The notes below the pieces were generated by a model. That model had not been told where the DNA came from and ran no database searches. It worked only from the letters and a program-made list of their open reading frames with translations. DNA of 64,000 nt from Centroscyllium fabricii (lineage: Eukaryota): assembly GCA_051313645.2 (NCBI GenBank), contig JBNRSN020000496.1, forward strand, positions 124,001-188,000, given 5' to 3'. Position 1 is the first letter of the stretch. The number at the start of each line of letters is the position of its first letter. Made by a program: the position numbers and the translations under genes. Shown in pieces: positions 50,469-63,493 of this stretch.

Positions 50469-50662
50469 AACATAAAAGGGAATCCAAAAGTCTTCTGTAG
50501 GCATATAAATAGTAAACGGGCAGTAAGAGGAGGGGTGGGGCCGCTAAGGGACCAAAATGGAGACCCACGCATGGAGGCAGAGGCCATGGCTGAGGTACTA
50601 AATGAGAACTTTGCATCTGTCTTCACCAGGAAAGAAGATGCTGCCAAAGTCATAGTGAAAGA

Positions 50663-50777
50663 TGAAGGAGCGACGCTCCGAAAGCTTGTGATTTCAAATA
50701 AAACTGTTGGATTATAACCTGGTGTTGTGTGACTTCTTACATTTGTCCACCCCAGTCCAACACCGGCATCTCCACAT
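50663..50777 (+). mobile_element. Penelope 3' end, truncated inside the hammerhead
   Basis: TGAAGGAGCGACGCTCCGAAAGCTTGTGA...CTCCACAT. TSD CATAGTGAAAGA at 50651-50662 and 50778-50789. Confidence 0.85.
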
Positions 50778-50829
50778 CATAGTGAAAGAAGATAGTTGAG
50801 ATACTGGATGGGATAAATATTGATAGAGG

Positions 50830-51368
50830 TGATAAACTTTGGCTAATTCTAGATTGCTTTACTATAGTTTGACTTGGGTTAAAAGTTTAGAAGCAAAGAG
50901 GTAAAGTATAGCGACAGGCTGTCTGTACATAGAGATCTTCTCTCTCTCTCTCTCTTTCTCATAACAAAACTGCAGCTGCAAAGATAAGGAGGAGTCAACA
51001 CAAGATGTTGACATTTAATTGGGTTTGTACTGTCTCTATATTTATTTTTTCTTCATTGGTTGTTTTTGTTTTTCAGTATTATTCGCTGAGCATGTACATT
51101 TAATCTTTTGCAAGGTCTTTTTGCATTTATGTATTGTATAAATAATTGCAGTCTCAGAGCGAGCGGGGCGCACTTCTGGGTCGCTATGCTTGTGTGCAAA
51201 CACAAGGGGTCTCTCAGGGATTACTTTAATAAACTTTAATTATTTTACAGTCTCTGACTTTGTGTATTACTGAGAAAGTGACAGACTGACCGACGTGTTT
51301 AGTCTCCTAAAGTAAGAACCCAGACCCCCAGGCAAGGGTGGGTCCTCCTCAGAGTGAGTGAGTTAACA
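50830..51368 (+). mobile_element. Probable solo LTR, about 540 bp
   Basis: TG...CA termini, TATAAA and AATAAA; interrupts a CR1. The TSD is not clean. Confidence 0.5.
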
Positions 51369-51789
51369 GACTTACCAGAAAGGCTGGTTGTACTTAAAGT
51401 AGATAAGTCACCAGGACCTCATCCTAAGATGGTGAGGGAAGTAAAGGTGGGAATTGCGGAGTTACCGGCCAATCTTCCAATCCTCCTTAGATACGGGGGT
51501 GGTGCCAGAAGACTGGAAAATTGCAAATGTTACACACTTGTTCAAAAAAGGGTGCAAGGATAAACCCAGCAACTACAGACCAGTCACTTTAACCTCGGTA
51601 GTGGGGAAGCTTTTTGAAACGATAATCCGGGACAAAATTAACAGTCACTGGGACAAGTGTGGATTAATTAAGGAAAGCCAGAACATTTTGTTAAAGGCAA
51701 ATTGTGTGTAACTAACTTGATTGAGTTTTTTGATGAAGTAACAGAGAGGATTGATGAGGGCAATGCGGTTGATGTGGTGTACATGGACT

Positions 51790-52368
51790 TCGACAACGGA
51801 TGAACGGACACTGCACAACAATTGCCAGGCAGGAGTGTTCCCTCCCAGTCGGGGAACATTTCAGCAGTGAAGGACATTCAGCCTCCGATCTTCGGGTAAG
51901 CATTCTCCAAGGCGGCCTTCGAGACACACGACAACGCAAAATCGTCGAGCAGAGGCTGATAGCCAAATTCCGCACCCATGAGGATGCCCTCAACCGTGAT
52001 ATTGGATTTATGTCGCGCTACATGTGACCCCGCCTGACGTAGTCATCCAGACCAGAGACATCATTGTCTTGTAAGGAAATTCCTTTTTTTTTTAAATCAT
52101 TCTGTGTGTTTTGCAGCATTTGACCCCTTGTGACTGTGCCTCATTGATCTCAGACTGATGTGTTAAAATATGTTAAAACGCCTTTGTGTGCTCTGTCTAT
52201 CTCTGCTAATGTGAGATGTGGGGGGATCAGATTTCTCTCTCCCTTCCATATGTGCGTTCTTTAAATCAACCTCTCTTTCACCTGACGAAGGGGCAGCCGC
52301 TCCGAAAGCTTGTGATTTAAAATAAAACTGTTGGACTATAACCTGGTGTTGTGTGACTTCTTGCATTT
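51790..52368 (+). mobile_element. Penelope 3' fragment with hammerhead at 52278-52315
   Basis: MNGH...PVGEHF...EQRLIAKF..H...LNRD, then tcacCTGACGAaggggcagccgctccGAAAgcttgtga. Confidence 0.9.
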
Positions 52369-53112
52369 GAAAACTGAGATGAGGAGGAATTTCTTCACTC
52401 AGAGGGTGGTGGGGCTGTGGAATTTGCTGCCCCAGAGAGCTGTGGAAGCTACTACATTGAATAAATTTAAAACAGAGATCGACAGTTTCCTGGAAGTGAA
52501 GGGAATTAGGGATTATGGTGAGCGGGCAGGTAAGTGGACGTGAGGCTAGGTTCAGATCGGCCATGTGATCTCCTGGACCAGTTTTTGATCGCCTAGATGG
52601 GTCGGAGAGGAATTTCCCAGATTTTTTCTCCCAAATTGGCCACTGGTTTTTTTAATCTGGTTTTTCGCCTCTCCCGGGAGATCACATGGGTTTGGGCGGG
52701 ATGGAGAGTAAAAATAAAATTGAGGTTAGGATCAGATCAGCCATGATCTTGTTGAATGGCGGAGCAGGCTCGAGGAGCCGAATGGCCTCCTTCTGTGCTG
52801 TAACCATTCTATGATTCTAATCCCGAGGCCTGGACTAATAATCCAGAGAGCCTGAGTTCAAATCCAAATTCTGATCCACTTTGAGAATTTAAATTCAGTT
52901 TCAAAAGAATGTGGCAATAAAAAGCTTGTCTCAGTAAAAGTGACCATGAAGCTGTCGGATTGGCGTAAAAAAACTCATCTGGTTCACTCAACGCCCGTTA
53001 GGGAAGGACACCTGCCGTCCTTACACAGTCTGGACCGATATGGGACTTCAGTCCCACACCAACGTGATCGACTCTTAACTGCCCTCTGGTGTGGCCTAGG
53101 AAGCCACTCAGT

Positions 53113-56070
53113 CATATGGCTAACAAGGAAAATTAGGGATAGCATAAGATCCAAGGAGAGGGCATATAACTTGGCCAGAAAAAGCGGTAACCCTGAGGAT
53201 TGGGAACAGTTTAGGATTCAACAAAGGAGGACAACGGGATTCATTAAGAGGGGGAAAATAGAATATGAAAGTAAGCTTGCAGGGAACATAAAAACTGACT
53301 AAGAGCTTTTATAGATACGTGAAGAGAAAAAGATTAGTGAAATCAAGTGTAGGCCCCTTGCAGTCAGAAGCGGGGGAAGTTATAATGGGGAACAAAGAAA
53401 TGGCAGACCAATTAAATGCATATTTTTGTTCTGTCTTCACAAAGGAGGACACAAGTAACCTCCCAGAGATATTGGGGAACATAGGATCTGATGAAAGGGA
53501 GGAACTGAAAGAAATCAGTATTTGCAGGGAAATGGTGTTAGGGAAATTGACGGGATCGAAGGCAGATAAATCCCCAGGGCCGGATAATCTACATCCTAGG
53601 GTACTTAAGGAAGTGGCCCTAGAAATAGTAGACGCATTACTGATTATCTTCCAACATTCGCTGGAATCTGGAACTGTACCCATGGATTGGAGGGTAGCTA
53701 ATGTTACCCCACTATTCAAAAAGGGTGGTCGAGAGAAAGCGGGGAATTACAGACCGATAAGCCTGACATCAGTAGTGGGGAAAATGCTAGAGTCCATTCT
53801 AAAGGATGTAATAGCTGAGCACTTGGAAAACAGTGACCGGATCGGACAAAGTCAACATGGATTTACAAAAGGTAAGTCGTGCTTGACTAATCTACTGGAA
53901 TTTTTGAAGGATGTAATTGGAAAAATAGATAAGGGAGAACCAGTAGATGTGGTGTATTTGGACTTTCAAAAGGCTTTCGATAAGGTCCCTCATAAGAGAC
54001 TAGCGTGTAAAGTTAAGGCACATGGGATTGGGGGCAAGATATTGACTTGGATAGAGAACTGGTTGGCAGATAGAAAACAGAGAGTAGGAATTAACGGGTC
54101 TTTTTCCGAGTGGCAAGCAGTGACTAGTGGGGTACCGCAGGGATCGGTCCTTGGACCCCAGCTATTCACAATATACATTAATGATCTAGATAAGGGAACT
54201 AGCTGTAATATCTCCAAGTTTGCTGACGACACAAAGCTGGGTGGCCGTGTGTGCTGTGAGGAGGATACCGAGAAACTCCAGGATGATTTGGACAGGTTGG
54301 GTGATTGGGCAGAAGCGTGGCAGATACAATATAACGTGGATAAATGAGAGGTTATCCACTTTGGTGTCAAAAACAGAAAGGCAGACTATTTTCTGAATGG
54401 CAATAGATTGGGAGAAGGGGAAGTGCAACTAGACCTGGGTGTTCTTGTGGACCAGTCGCTGAAGGTAAGCATGCAGGTGCAGCAGGCGGTGAAGAAGGCA
54501 AATGGTATGTTGGCCTTCGTAGCGAGAGGGTTTGAGTACAGGAACAAGGATGTCTTGCTAATACTGGTAAATGTGAAGTTATACATTTTGGGGAAAAAAA
54601 TCATAGAGCAAGTTATTTTCTAAATGGGGAGGAGCTGCGTGGTAATACAACGCAAAGGGACCTGGGGGTACTAGTGCATGAATCACAAAAAGTTAGTATG
54701 CAGGTGCAGCAAGTGATTAGGAAGGCCAATGGAGTCTTAGCCTTTATTGCTAGGGGGATAGAGTGTAAAAGCAGGGAGGTTTTGCTGCAGCTGTACACAG
54801 TATTGGTGAGACCGCATTTGGAATACTGTGTGCAGTTTTGGTGTCCATACTTAAGAAAGGATGTACTTGCTCTGGAGCAGTGGTCCCCAACCTTTTTGCG
54901 TTCGCGGCCCGTTTTGGGGTTGTGTCAATTTCTTCGCGGACCGGTGGGGGGGTTCTGACGGGGGGGGGGGGGGGGGGTGCTGAAGGAGCATTTTAGCCTC
55001 AGCGGGGGTGGGGGGGGGGGATGACGGAGATTTTCTAGGCTGGCGGGGTAATTAGACTGACCTGCTGGGCTGCTGCCTTGCGTTTGTGAAACGTCTAGCG
55101 TCGAAGGTAGGTTCCTAGACACTGCCGCTGCAATTCCTTCAGTTGGCAGCGGGCGGCTCTGTGAGGCGGCGCATGCGCCGATCATTAGCCGACGGTCCCA
55201 GGCAAGGTCGTTGATTCAGCGCATGCGCGGATTCTCAGAACCGTCCGCGGACCGGTAAAACTGTCCCGCGGCCCGGAGCCGGTCCGCGGACTGGCGGTTG
55301 GAGACCGCTGCTCTGGAGGCAGTGCAGAGAAGGTTTACACGGTTAATTCCAGGGATGAGGGGGTTGACATGAGAGGAAAGGTTAAGCAGGTTGGGACTTT
55401 ACTCATTAGAGTTCAGAAGAATGAGAGGCGATCTTATTGAAACGTATAAGATCGTGAGGGGCCTTGATCGGGTGGATGCGCTAAAGATGTTTCCAATGAT
55501 CGGGGAGACCAGAACTAGGGGGCATAGTCTTAGAATAAGGGGGGGCTCTTTTAAAACTGAGATGAGGAGAAACTTCTTCACTCAGAGGGTGGTTAATCTA
55601 TGGAATTCGCTGCCTCAGGGAGCTGTGGAAGCGGGAACATTAAATAAATTTAAAACGGAAATAGACTGTTTTTTGGCAGACAAGGGAATTAGGGGTTATG
55701 GGGAGCGGGCAGGGAAGTGGACCTGAGCTATTGTTAGTATAGTAAGACCTGAGTGATCTCCTGGACAAGTTTCGATCGCCTAGATTGGGGTCGGAGAGGA
55801 ATTTCCCGGATTTGTTTCCCAAATTGGACATGGGTTTTTATCCGGTTTTGCGCCTCTCCCAGGAGATCACATGGTTTTTTGGGTGGGATGAAGGGTGATA
55901 GTGGGAAGAAGGTTAGGGTAGGATCAGCCATGATCTTATTGAATGGCGGAGCGGGCTCGAGGGGCCGATTGGCCTACTCCTGCTCCTATTTCTTATGTTC
56001 TTATGTTCTTATACAGGGCCTTGGTGAGACCACATCTTGAGTACTGTGTGCAGTTCTGGTTGCCTTATCA
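53113..56070 (+). mobile_element. CR1 RT copy with a second CR1 subfamily copy nested at about 54560-56010
   Basis: ORF 53319..54347. The nested copy is nearly identical to 1600-2600 (minus strand). Confidence 0.92.
54878..55310. mobile_element. hAT (Charlie-like) MITE, 433 bp
   Basis: TIRs CAGTGGTCCCCAACC / GGTTGGAGACCGCTG and perfect 8-bp TSD CTCTGGAG. Confidence 0.92.
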
Positions 56071-56960
56071 TAGAATCATAGAAGATAGGAGCAGGAGTAG
56101 GCCATTCAGCCCTTCGAGCCTGCTCCGCCATTCAATGAGATCATGGCTGATCTTTAGCAAGCTAGTACCCCATCCCCGCCTTTTCTCCGTAACCTTTAAT
56201 CCCTTTTGCTTGAAGAAATATATCCAATTCCCTCTTGAATATGTTTAATGAACTGGCCTCCACCGCCCTCTGTGGCAAGGAATTCCACAGGCCCACCACT
56301 CTGAGTGAAGAAATTCTTCCTCATGTCTGTCCTAAATGGTTTACCCTTTATTCTTAGACCGTGGCCCCTGGTTCTGGACTCCCCCCGCCATTGGAAACAT
56401 TCTCTGAATCTAACCTGTCCAGACCTTTCAGAATTTTATACGTCTCAATGAGATCGCCTCTCAATCTTCTAAACTCCACCGAGTACAAGCCCAGACTACA
56501 TAATCTCTCCTCATAGGTCATTCCTGCCATTCCAGGAATCAGCCTGGTGAAACGCCGCTGCACTCCCTCCATGGCAAGAACATCCCTCCTCAGGCAAGGC
56601 GACCAGAACTGTACACAATACTCGAGGTGCGGTCTCACCAGTGCCTTGTACAGCTGTAGTAAGGTATCCTTATTTCTATACTCGAACCCTCTTGATATGA
56701 AGGCCAACACACCATTTGCCTTCCTAACCGCCTGCTGCACCTGCGTGCTCGCCTTCAGCGACTGGTGCACAAGAACACCCAGGTCTCTTTGCACCTCCCC
56801 ATCTCCCAATCTATTGCCATTTAAGTAATAATCTACCCTCCTGTTTTTGCCCCCAAAGTGGATAACCTCACATTTATCCACATTATAGTGCATCTGCCAT
56901 CTATCTGCCCAGTCCCCCAACTTATCCAAATCGCCCTGTAACTTCCTGACACCCTCTTCA
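56070..56960 (-). mobile_element. 5'-truncated CR1 LINE
   Basis: ORF 56354..56929; same subfamily as 61695-62040 (plus strand). Confidence 0.9.
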
Positions 56961-57204
56961 GAGCCCGCCCCCGAGGAAGGATGTTCTTGCCATGGAAGGA
57001 GTTCAGCGAAGATTCACAAGGCTGATACCTGGGATGGCAGGAATGACGTATGAGGAGAGATTGGGTCGATTGAAACATAGAAGAAGATGGGAGCAGGAGT
57101 AGGCCATTCGGCCCTTCGAGCCTGTTCCGCCATTCAATGAGATCATGGCTGACCATCCAAACCCAGTACCCCGTCCCCGCCTTGTCCCCATATCCCTCGA
57201 TCCC

Positions 57205-57469
57205 CATCGAGCCTGCACCGACACACATCCCACCCCATCCCCGTAACCCCACATACTCAATCCCCCTAACACTAAGGGTCAATTTATCCTGGCCAATCAA
57301 CCTAACCCGCACATCTTTGGACTGTGGGAGGAAACCGGAGCACCCGGAGGAAACCCACGCAGACACGGGGAGAATGTGCAAACTCCACACAGATAGTACC
57401 CGAGGCCGGATTTGAACCCGGGTCTCCAGTGCTGTGAGGCAACAGCGCTAACCACTATGCCACCGTGCC
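57205..57469 (-). mobile_element. V-SINE (HE1-like)
   Basis: Reverse complement of 36430-36725. Confidence 0.9.
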
Positions 57470-58177
57470 GTGGGTTTATACTCGCTGGAGTTTGGAAGAA
57501 TGAGAGGGGATCTCATCGAAACTTATAAACTTGTGATAGGACTGGACAAACTAGATGCAGGAAGAATGTTCCCGATGGTCGGAGAGTCCAGAACCAGGGG
57601 TCATAGTCTAAGGATAAGGGGTAGGCCATTTAGGACAGAGATGAGGAAGAATTTCTTCACCCAGAGAGTGGTGAACCTGTGGAATTCTCTACCACAGAAT
57701 ATAGTTGAGGCCAAGTCATTAAATATATTAAAGAAGGAGTTAGATATATTTCTTAGAGCTAAAGGTATCAATGGATATGGGGAGAAGGCAGGGGCGGGGT
57801 ACTGAATTTGGATGATCAGCCACGATCTCATCGAATGGCGGAGCAGGCTCGAGGGGCCGAATGGCCTACTCCTGCTCCTATCTTCTATGTTTCTATGAAA
57901 CCTGCTACAAAGCAGCATTATGGGAGCAAGTTCACCACACGGACTGTGGCATTTCAAGAAGGCTCACCACCACCTCAAGGCAACTGGGGACGGGCAATAA
58001 AAAATGCCAGCTTTGTCCGCGATGCCTACATCCCCAGAAGGAAGTAAAAAGCTCACTGTGCAAGCTCACACTTAGCTCAGAGCGTTCCAGCGTTGTGCTC
58101 GGTCTCGTTATAACTATCACAGAGAGTACCTGTTAACCACTCAAACACTGAGCCAGCACCCTTCACCGAGATGTTAC

Positions 58178-58315
58178 CTGCTTGGCTCTCTGGACAATCG
58201 CCTCTCCCAGTGAGAAGCCACTGGCATTGGATAGGTGGGTCCCACTTCCAGGGCTGCTGGCTTGGCTCATCTGCTCCTCCATGCCGCAGGCCAGCGGTGG
58301 CGTTGTCGCTATCGT
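58178..58315 (-). CDS. ALMS1: ALMS1 exon (comparable to human exon 2), 138 nt, phase 0-0
   Basis: Acceptor tgtttcttgtag|ACG and donor CAG|gtaaca. Translates TIATTPPLACGMEEQMSQASSPGSGTHLSNASGFSLGEAIVQRAKQ, in frame with the next exon. The internal ATG could alternatively be the start codon. Confidence 0.75.
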
Positions 58316-59214
58316 CTACAAGAAACAACACGATACAACTGCTTAAAAATACAACCATTGGGGCAGCCAGACTGCGTCACGAATTCCTGCTGTCACGTTT
58401 TGTCTGGCTTTTTGTGTCAACTTTTTCCTGTTATAAATTTGTATGTCCACATTTACAATAGCAAATGTTAACCTGTCACTGTGATGTGAAATCTGGCCAC
58501 TAAGTTCTCTCATAATGCATTCTGAACACTTTTTCCATCCGCCATTCTTTTCCTCAGGAACTGAAATTTCTAATGTCCGAAATAGATTTAAACAAAACGT
58601 TTAAAAAAATGAATGTTTCACAAACCATGAGTAAATGTATTGCCTTGAATTGCCTTTTCGCTTGAAGTTGATACATTCATCCACAGTTGTGACATGTGAG
58701 CTTAATTTGGATTGGGCAGTGGCAGCGTGAATACTACATTGGCTAAGGGTCAGAAAGCAGAGAGTAGTGGTGAACGGTTGTTTTTCAGACTGGAGGGAAG
58801 TGTACAGTGGTGTTCCCCAGCGGTCGGTATTCGGGTCACTGCTCTTTTTGATATCTATTAATGACCTGGACTTGGGTATACAGGGCATCATTTCAAAGTT
58901 TTCCGTTGATATGAAACAATGAGGAAAATAGTAACAGACTTCAGGAGCATATAGACAGACTGGTGAAATGGGCAGACACGTAGCAGATGAAATTTAACAC
59001 GGAGAAGTGTGAAGTGATGCATTTTGATAGGAGGAATCAGGAGCCGCAATATAAACTAAATGGTACAATTTTCAAGGGAATGCATTTAGGTTTAGGGAGG
59101 CCTGGGAGTTTGCATACAGAAATGGGGAGGCGGTGGTGTCGTGTTTATGTCACTAAACTAATGCTGCTTTGTAGCAGGTTTCATAAAAACATAGAAGATA
59201 GGAGCAGGAGTTTG

Positions 59215-59648
59215 TAAGCCAGAGGCTCAGTCAAATGCTCTGAGGATATGGGTCCAAATCCCACCACAGCAGCTGGTGGAATTTAAATTCAATTCAATTT
59301 AATTCTGGAATTAAATGTTAGTCTTAGTAATGGCGACCATGATACCATTGTCGATTGTTGCAAAAACCCATCTGGTTCACTAATGTCCTTTAGGGAAGGA
59401 AATCTGCCGTCCTTACCTGGTCTGGCCTACATGTGACTCCAGACCCACAGCAATGTGGTTGACTCTTAATGCCCTCTGAAATGGCCTAGCAAGCCACTCA
59501 GTTGTAAACAACCGCTACGAAAAACAATAAGACTGCAGCGGTTCAAGAAGGCGGCTCACCACCATCTACTCAAGGGCAATTAGGGATGGGCACTAAATGC
59601 AGGCCTAGCCAGCCAGCGACGCCCACATCCCATCAATGAATAAAAAAA
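59215..59648 (+). mobile_element. SINE sharing its 3' tail with the family B LINE
   Basis: B-box-like GGTCCAAATCC; core shared with 52820-53112; last about 115 nt match 48047-48167. Confidence 0.8.
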
Positions 59649-60104
59649 TTATTATTTTTTTAATCTTTAAAGCTGGTAGAACAAGTTGAGAAGGCTGTCA
59701 AAAAAAGCATACAAGATCGTTGGCTTTATAAAGAGGCATAGATTACAGCAAGGACATTCTGCTGAACCTTTAGAGATGGCTGGTTTGGCCTCAGCTGGAG
59801 AATTGTTCAATTCTGGGCACCACATTTAGGAATGTTGTCATGGCTTTGGCGAGGGTGCAGAGGAGATTTACTGGAATGGTACCAGGATGAAGGATGCTGG
59901 AAGGGAACAGGACTGGGTGCTTCACTCAATAGATCTTCGCCGCTCACCATCTCGGCTCCCACACAAGAAATGAGCTACTACGGCAAGTTATTGACGTCTG
60001 GAGATCTGCACCCACGAGGCAGACCCAGAACAAGGCGGGATGACAATATGAAAGTGCACCTCGACAGCCTGCTAGCCGATGGGGTAAGCCCCGAGACTAT
60101 GTCG

Positions 60105-60345
60105 CACGGTGGCACAGTGGTTTGCACTGTTGTCTCACAGCACTGGAGACCCGGGTTCAAATCCAGCCTCGGGTACTATCTGTGTGGAGTTTGCACATTC
60201 TCCCCGTGTCTGCGTGGGTTTCCTCCGGGCGCTCCGGTTTCCTCCCACAGTCCAAAGATGTGCGGGTTAGGTTGATTGACCATGATAAATTGACCCTTAG
60301 TGTTAGGGGGATTGAATATGTGGGGTTACAGGGATAGGGTGGGAT
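60105..60345 (+). mobile_element. V-SINE (HE1-like)
   Basis: tRNA head and V domain. Confidence 0.9.
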
Positions 60346-60479
60346 ATAGAAACATAGAAGATAGGAGCAGGAGTAGGCCATTCGGCCCTTCAAGCCTGCT
60401 CTGCCATTCAATGAGATCATCGCTGATCATCCAAACCCAGTACCCTGTCCCTACCCTCTCCCCATACCCCTCAATCCCT

Positions 60480-60740
60480 ATCGAGCCTGCACCGACACAT
60501 ATCCCACCCCATCCCCGTAACCCCACATATTCAATCCCCCCCTAACACTAAGGGTCAATTTATCATGGCCAATCAACCTAACCCGCACATCTTTGGACTG
60601 TGGGAGGAAACCGGAGCACCCGGAGGAAACCCACGCAGACACGGGGAGAATGTGCAAACTCCACACAGATAGTACCCGAGGCCAGATTTGAACCCGGGTC
60701 TCCAGTGCTGTGAGACAGCAGTGCTAACCACTGTGCCGCC
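60480..60740 (-). mobile_element. V-SINE (HE1-like)
   Basis: Inverted copy. Confidence 0.9.
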
Positions 60741-63007
60741 TGTATCGGTGCAGGCTCGATAGGGATATGGGGAGAGGGCAGGGGCGGGGTACTGGGTTTG
60801 GATGATCAGCCATGATCTCATCGAATGGCGGAGCAGGCTCGAAGGGCCGAATGGCCTACTCCTGCTCCTAGTTTCTATGTTTCCATGTCGACAGTTTGCA
60901 CTCAGCTATTTTAGAGTCAGAGTTAAACAGCACAAAAAGAGGCCCTTCGGCCCATCGCGTCCGCGCCGGCCATCAAGCCGTCTACTCTAATCGCATTTTC
61001 CAGCACTTGGTCCGTAGCCTTGTATGCTATGGCATTTCAAGTGCTCAACTAAATGCTTCTTGAATGTTGTGAGGGTTCCTGCCTCTACCACCCTTTCAGG
61101 CAGTGAGTTCCAGATTCCAACCACCCTCCGGGTGAAAAAGGTCTTCCTCAAATCCCCTCTAAACCTCCCGCCCCTTACCCTGAAACTATTTTCACACCGC
61201 TCTGTCATTACCCCCATTTCCATTGAATCAATAAACTCGATCGCGTCTCAGTTAACAGATGCACACAGGCACATCTCAGCCACCATCCCTTCTGAAGGGA
61301 TTTATTTATGTGGAATAATGGCTAGGGAGCCTGCAGTGACAACAACTTGCATTTATATAACCCCTTTAACGCAGTAAAATGTCCCACGGTGCTTTGCAGT
61401 CGCGTTAGACAACATTTGACACCGAGCCACACAAGGACAGGCGACCAAAAGCTTGGTGAAAGAGGGAGGTTTGAAGGAGCGTCTTAAAGAAGGAGAGGCG
61501 GAGAGGTTTAGGGCGGGAATTCCAGAGATTAGGGCCCAGGCAGCTGAAGGCACGGCCGCCAACGGTGGAGCGATGAGAATCGGGGGATGCTCAGACGTTG
61601 CTTAACCGAGAGCCAATGTCGGTCAGCGAGCACAGTGGGTGTTGGGTGAACGGTACTTGGAGCGAGTTAGGACACGGGCAGCCGAGACAATTCAGAGAGA
61701 ATGTTTCCAATGGCGGGGGAGTCCAGAACCAGGGGCCACGGTCTAAGAATAAGGGGTAAGCCATTTAGGACAGACATGAGGAAGAATTTCTTCACCCAGA
61801 GAGTGGTGGGCCTGTGGAATTCCTTGCCACAGAGGGCGGTGGAGGCCAGTTCATTAAACATATTCAAGAGGGAATTGGATATATTTCTTCAAGCTAAAGG
61901 GATTAAAGGTTACGGAGAAAAGGCGGGGACGGGGTACTAGCTTGCTAAAGATCAGCCATGATCTCATTGAATGGCGGAGCAGGCTCGAAGGGCTGGATGG
62001 CCTCCTCCTGCTCCTATCTTCTATGATTCTATGATTCTATGACAAGGAAGGTAATTCTGATGACCCGGTAATTGACAAGAATGCAGCTCAGTCCATTCAG
62101 GCACGTCAGCCGAATGAAATGTAAACTGCAGCCTCAACAGAGAGGCGGGCTGTCGGGAGAGAAGATGTACGTTTGTGAAATTAAGGCAGGATATACTGTG
62201 CATTTCCTAACCCTTTCAACAGAGCGTGCTCTCTCGTTACAAATAACATATCCTTAGTCACTCTCTTTTTACGTTCAGTGAAAGCTGTAAAGGGGGAGGG
62301 ATTGCACCAAGAACATCAGAACAGGAGGAGGTCACTGAGCCCCTCGAGCTTGTTCCGCTATTCAATGAGGTCATGGCTGATCTGCGACCTAATTCCATCT
62401 ACCCTTTGCCCCGTATCCTTCAATACTTGGGTTAACAAAAATCTATCAATCTCCGATTTAAAATTAACAATTGACCCAGCATCGATTGCCGTTTGTGGAA
62501 GAGAGTTCCAAACTTCTCCCGCCCTTTGTGTGTCGAAGTGTTTCCTCATTTCACTCCTGAAAGGTCTGGCTCTAATTTTTAGACTCTGCCCCCAGTCCTA
62601 GAATCCCCAACCAGCGGAAATAATTTCTCTCGATCGACCCTGTCAGATCCCCTTAATATCCTGAAAACTTCAATCAGATCACTCCCAACCTTCTAAATTC
62701 TAGGGAATACAAGTCCAGTTTGTGTAAGGGTTAAGTTGTGAGGAGAGATTCTCTCTCCTCATAACTTAACCCTTGAAGTCCAGCTTCCTCCTGACGCGAA
62801 GGCGTGGACTGATGCGGGAATACAGTTCCAGGCTCCCTCTCACACAAGGGGGCGATTCCACATGCACTAGCTGAGTCAGTGAAAGGCAGGAAGATGTTCA
62901 ACTCCAACCTGACCCAACGGGATATCCCCTCAGAGACTTCTCACTCAGAGTCTGTGGTTAACACCAGTGACAACCTGCTCATTAGCCCAGGGGGATTTCT
63001 GACCAAC

Positions 63008-63493
63008 TCACTCTCTCTTCACTGGTCTCGCTCACTCCCTCTCCTCTCACTGGTCTCTCACACTCTCTCTCTCCTCACTGGTCTCTCACACTCTCTCTCT
63101 CCTCACTGGTCTCTCACACTCTCTCTCTCCTCACTGGTCTCTCACACTCTCTCTCTCCTCACTGGTCTCTCACACTCTCTCTCTCCTCATTGGTGTCTCA
63201 CACTCTCTCTCTCCTCATTGGTGTCTCACACTCTCTCTCTCCTCACTGGTCTCTCACACTCTCTCCTCACTAGTCTCTCACACTCTCTCCTCACTGGTCT
63301 CTCACACTCTCTCCTCACTGGTCTCTCACACTCTCTCCTCACTGGTCTCTCACACTCTCTCTCTCCTCACTGGTCTCTCACACTCTCTCTCTCCTCACTG
63401 GTCTCTCACACTCTCTCTCTCTCCTCACTGGTCTCTCACACTCTCTCTCTCCTCACTGGTCTCTCACACTCTCTCTCTCCTCACTGGTCTCTC
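63008..63493. repeat. Pyrimidine-rich minisatellite CTCCTCACTGGTCTCTCACA(CT)n, about 24-30 bp
   Basis: Visible periodicity; the unit resumes at about 63987. Confidence 0.95.

Noticed and set aside
58077-58358. 93-aa ORF over the upstream exon
   Set aside because: Different frame from the one that splices in phase to the next exon.
59890-60104. PRGRPRTRRDD peptide, RTE-like C-terminus
   Set aside because: Too short and degraded to call.
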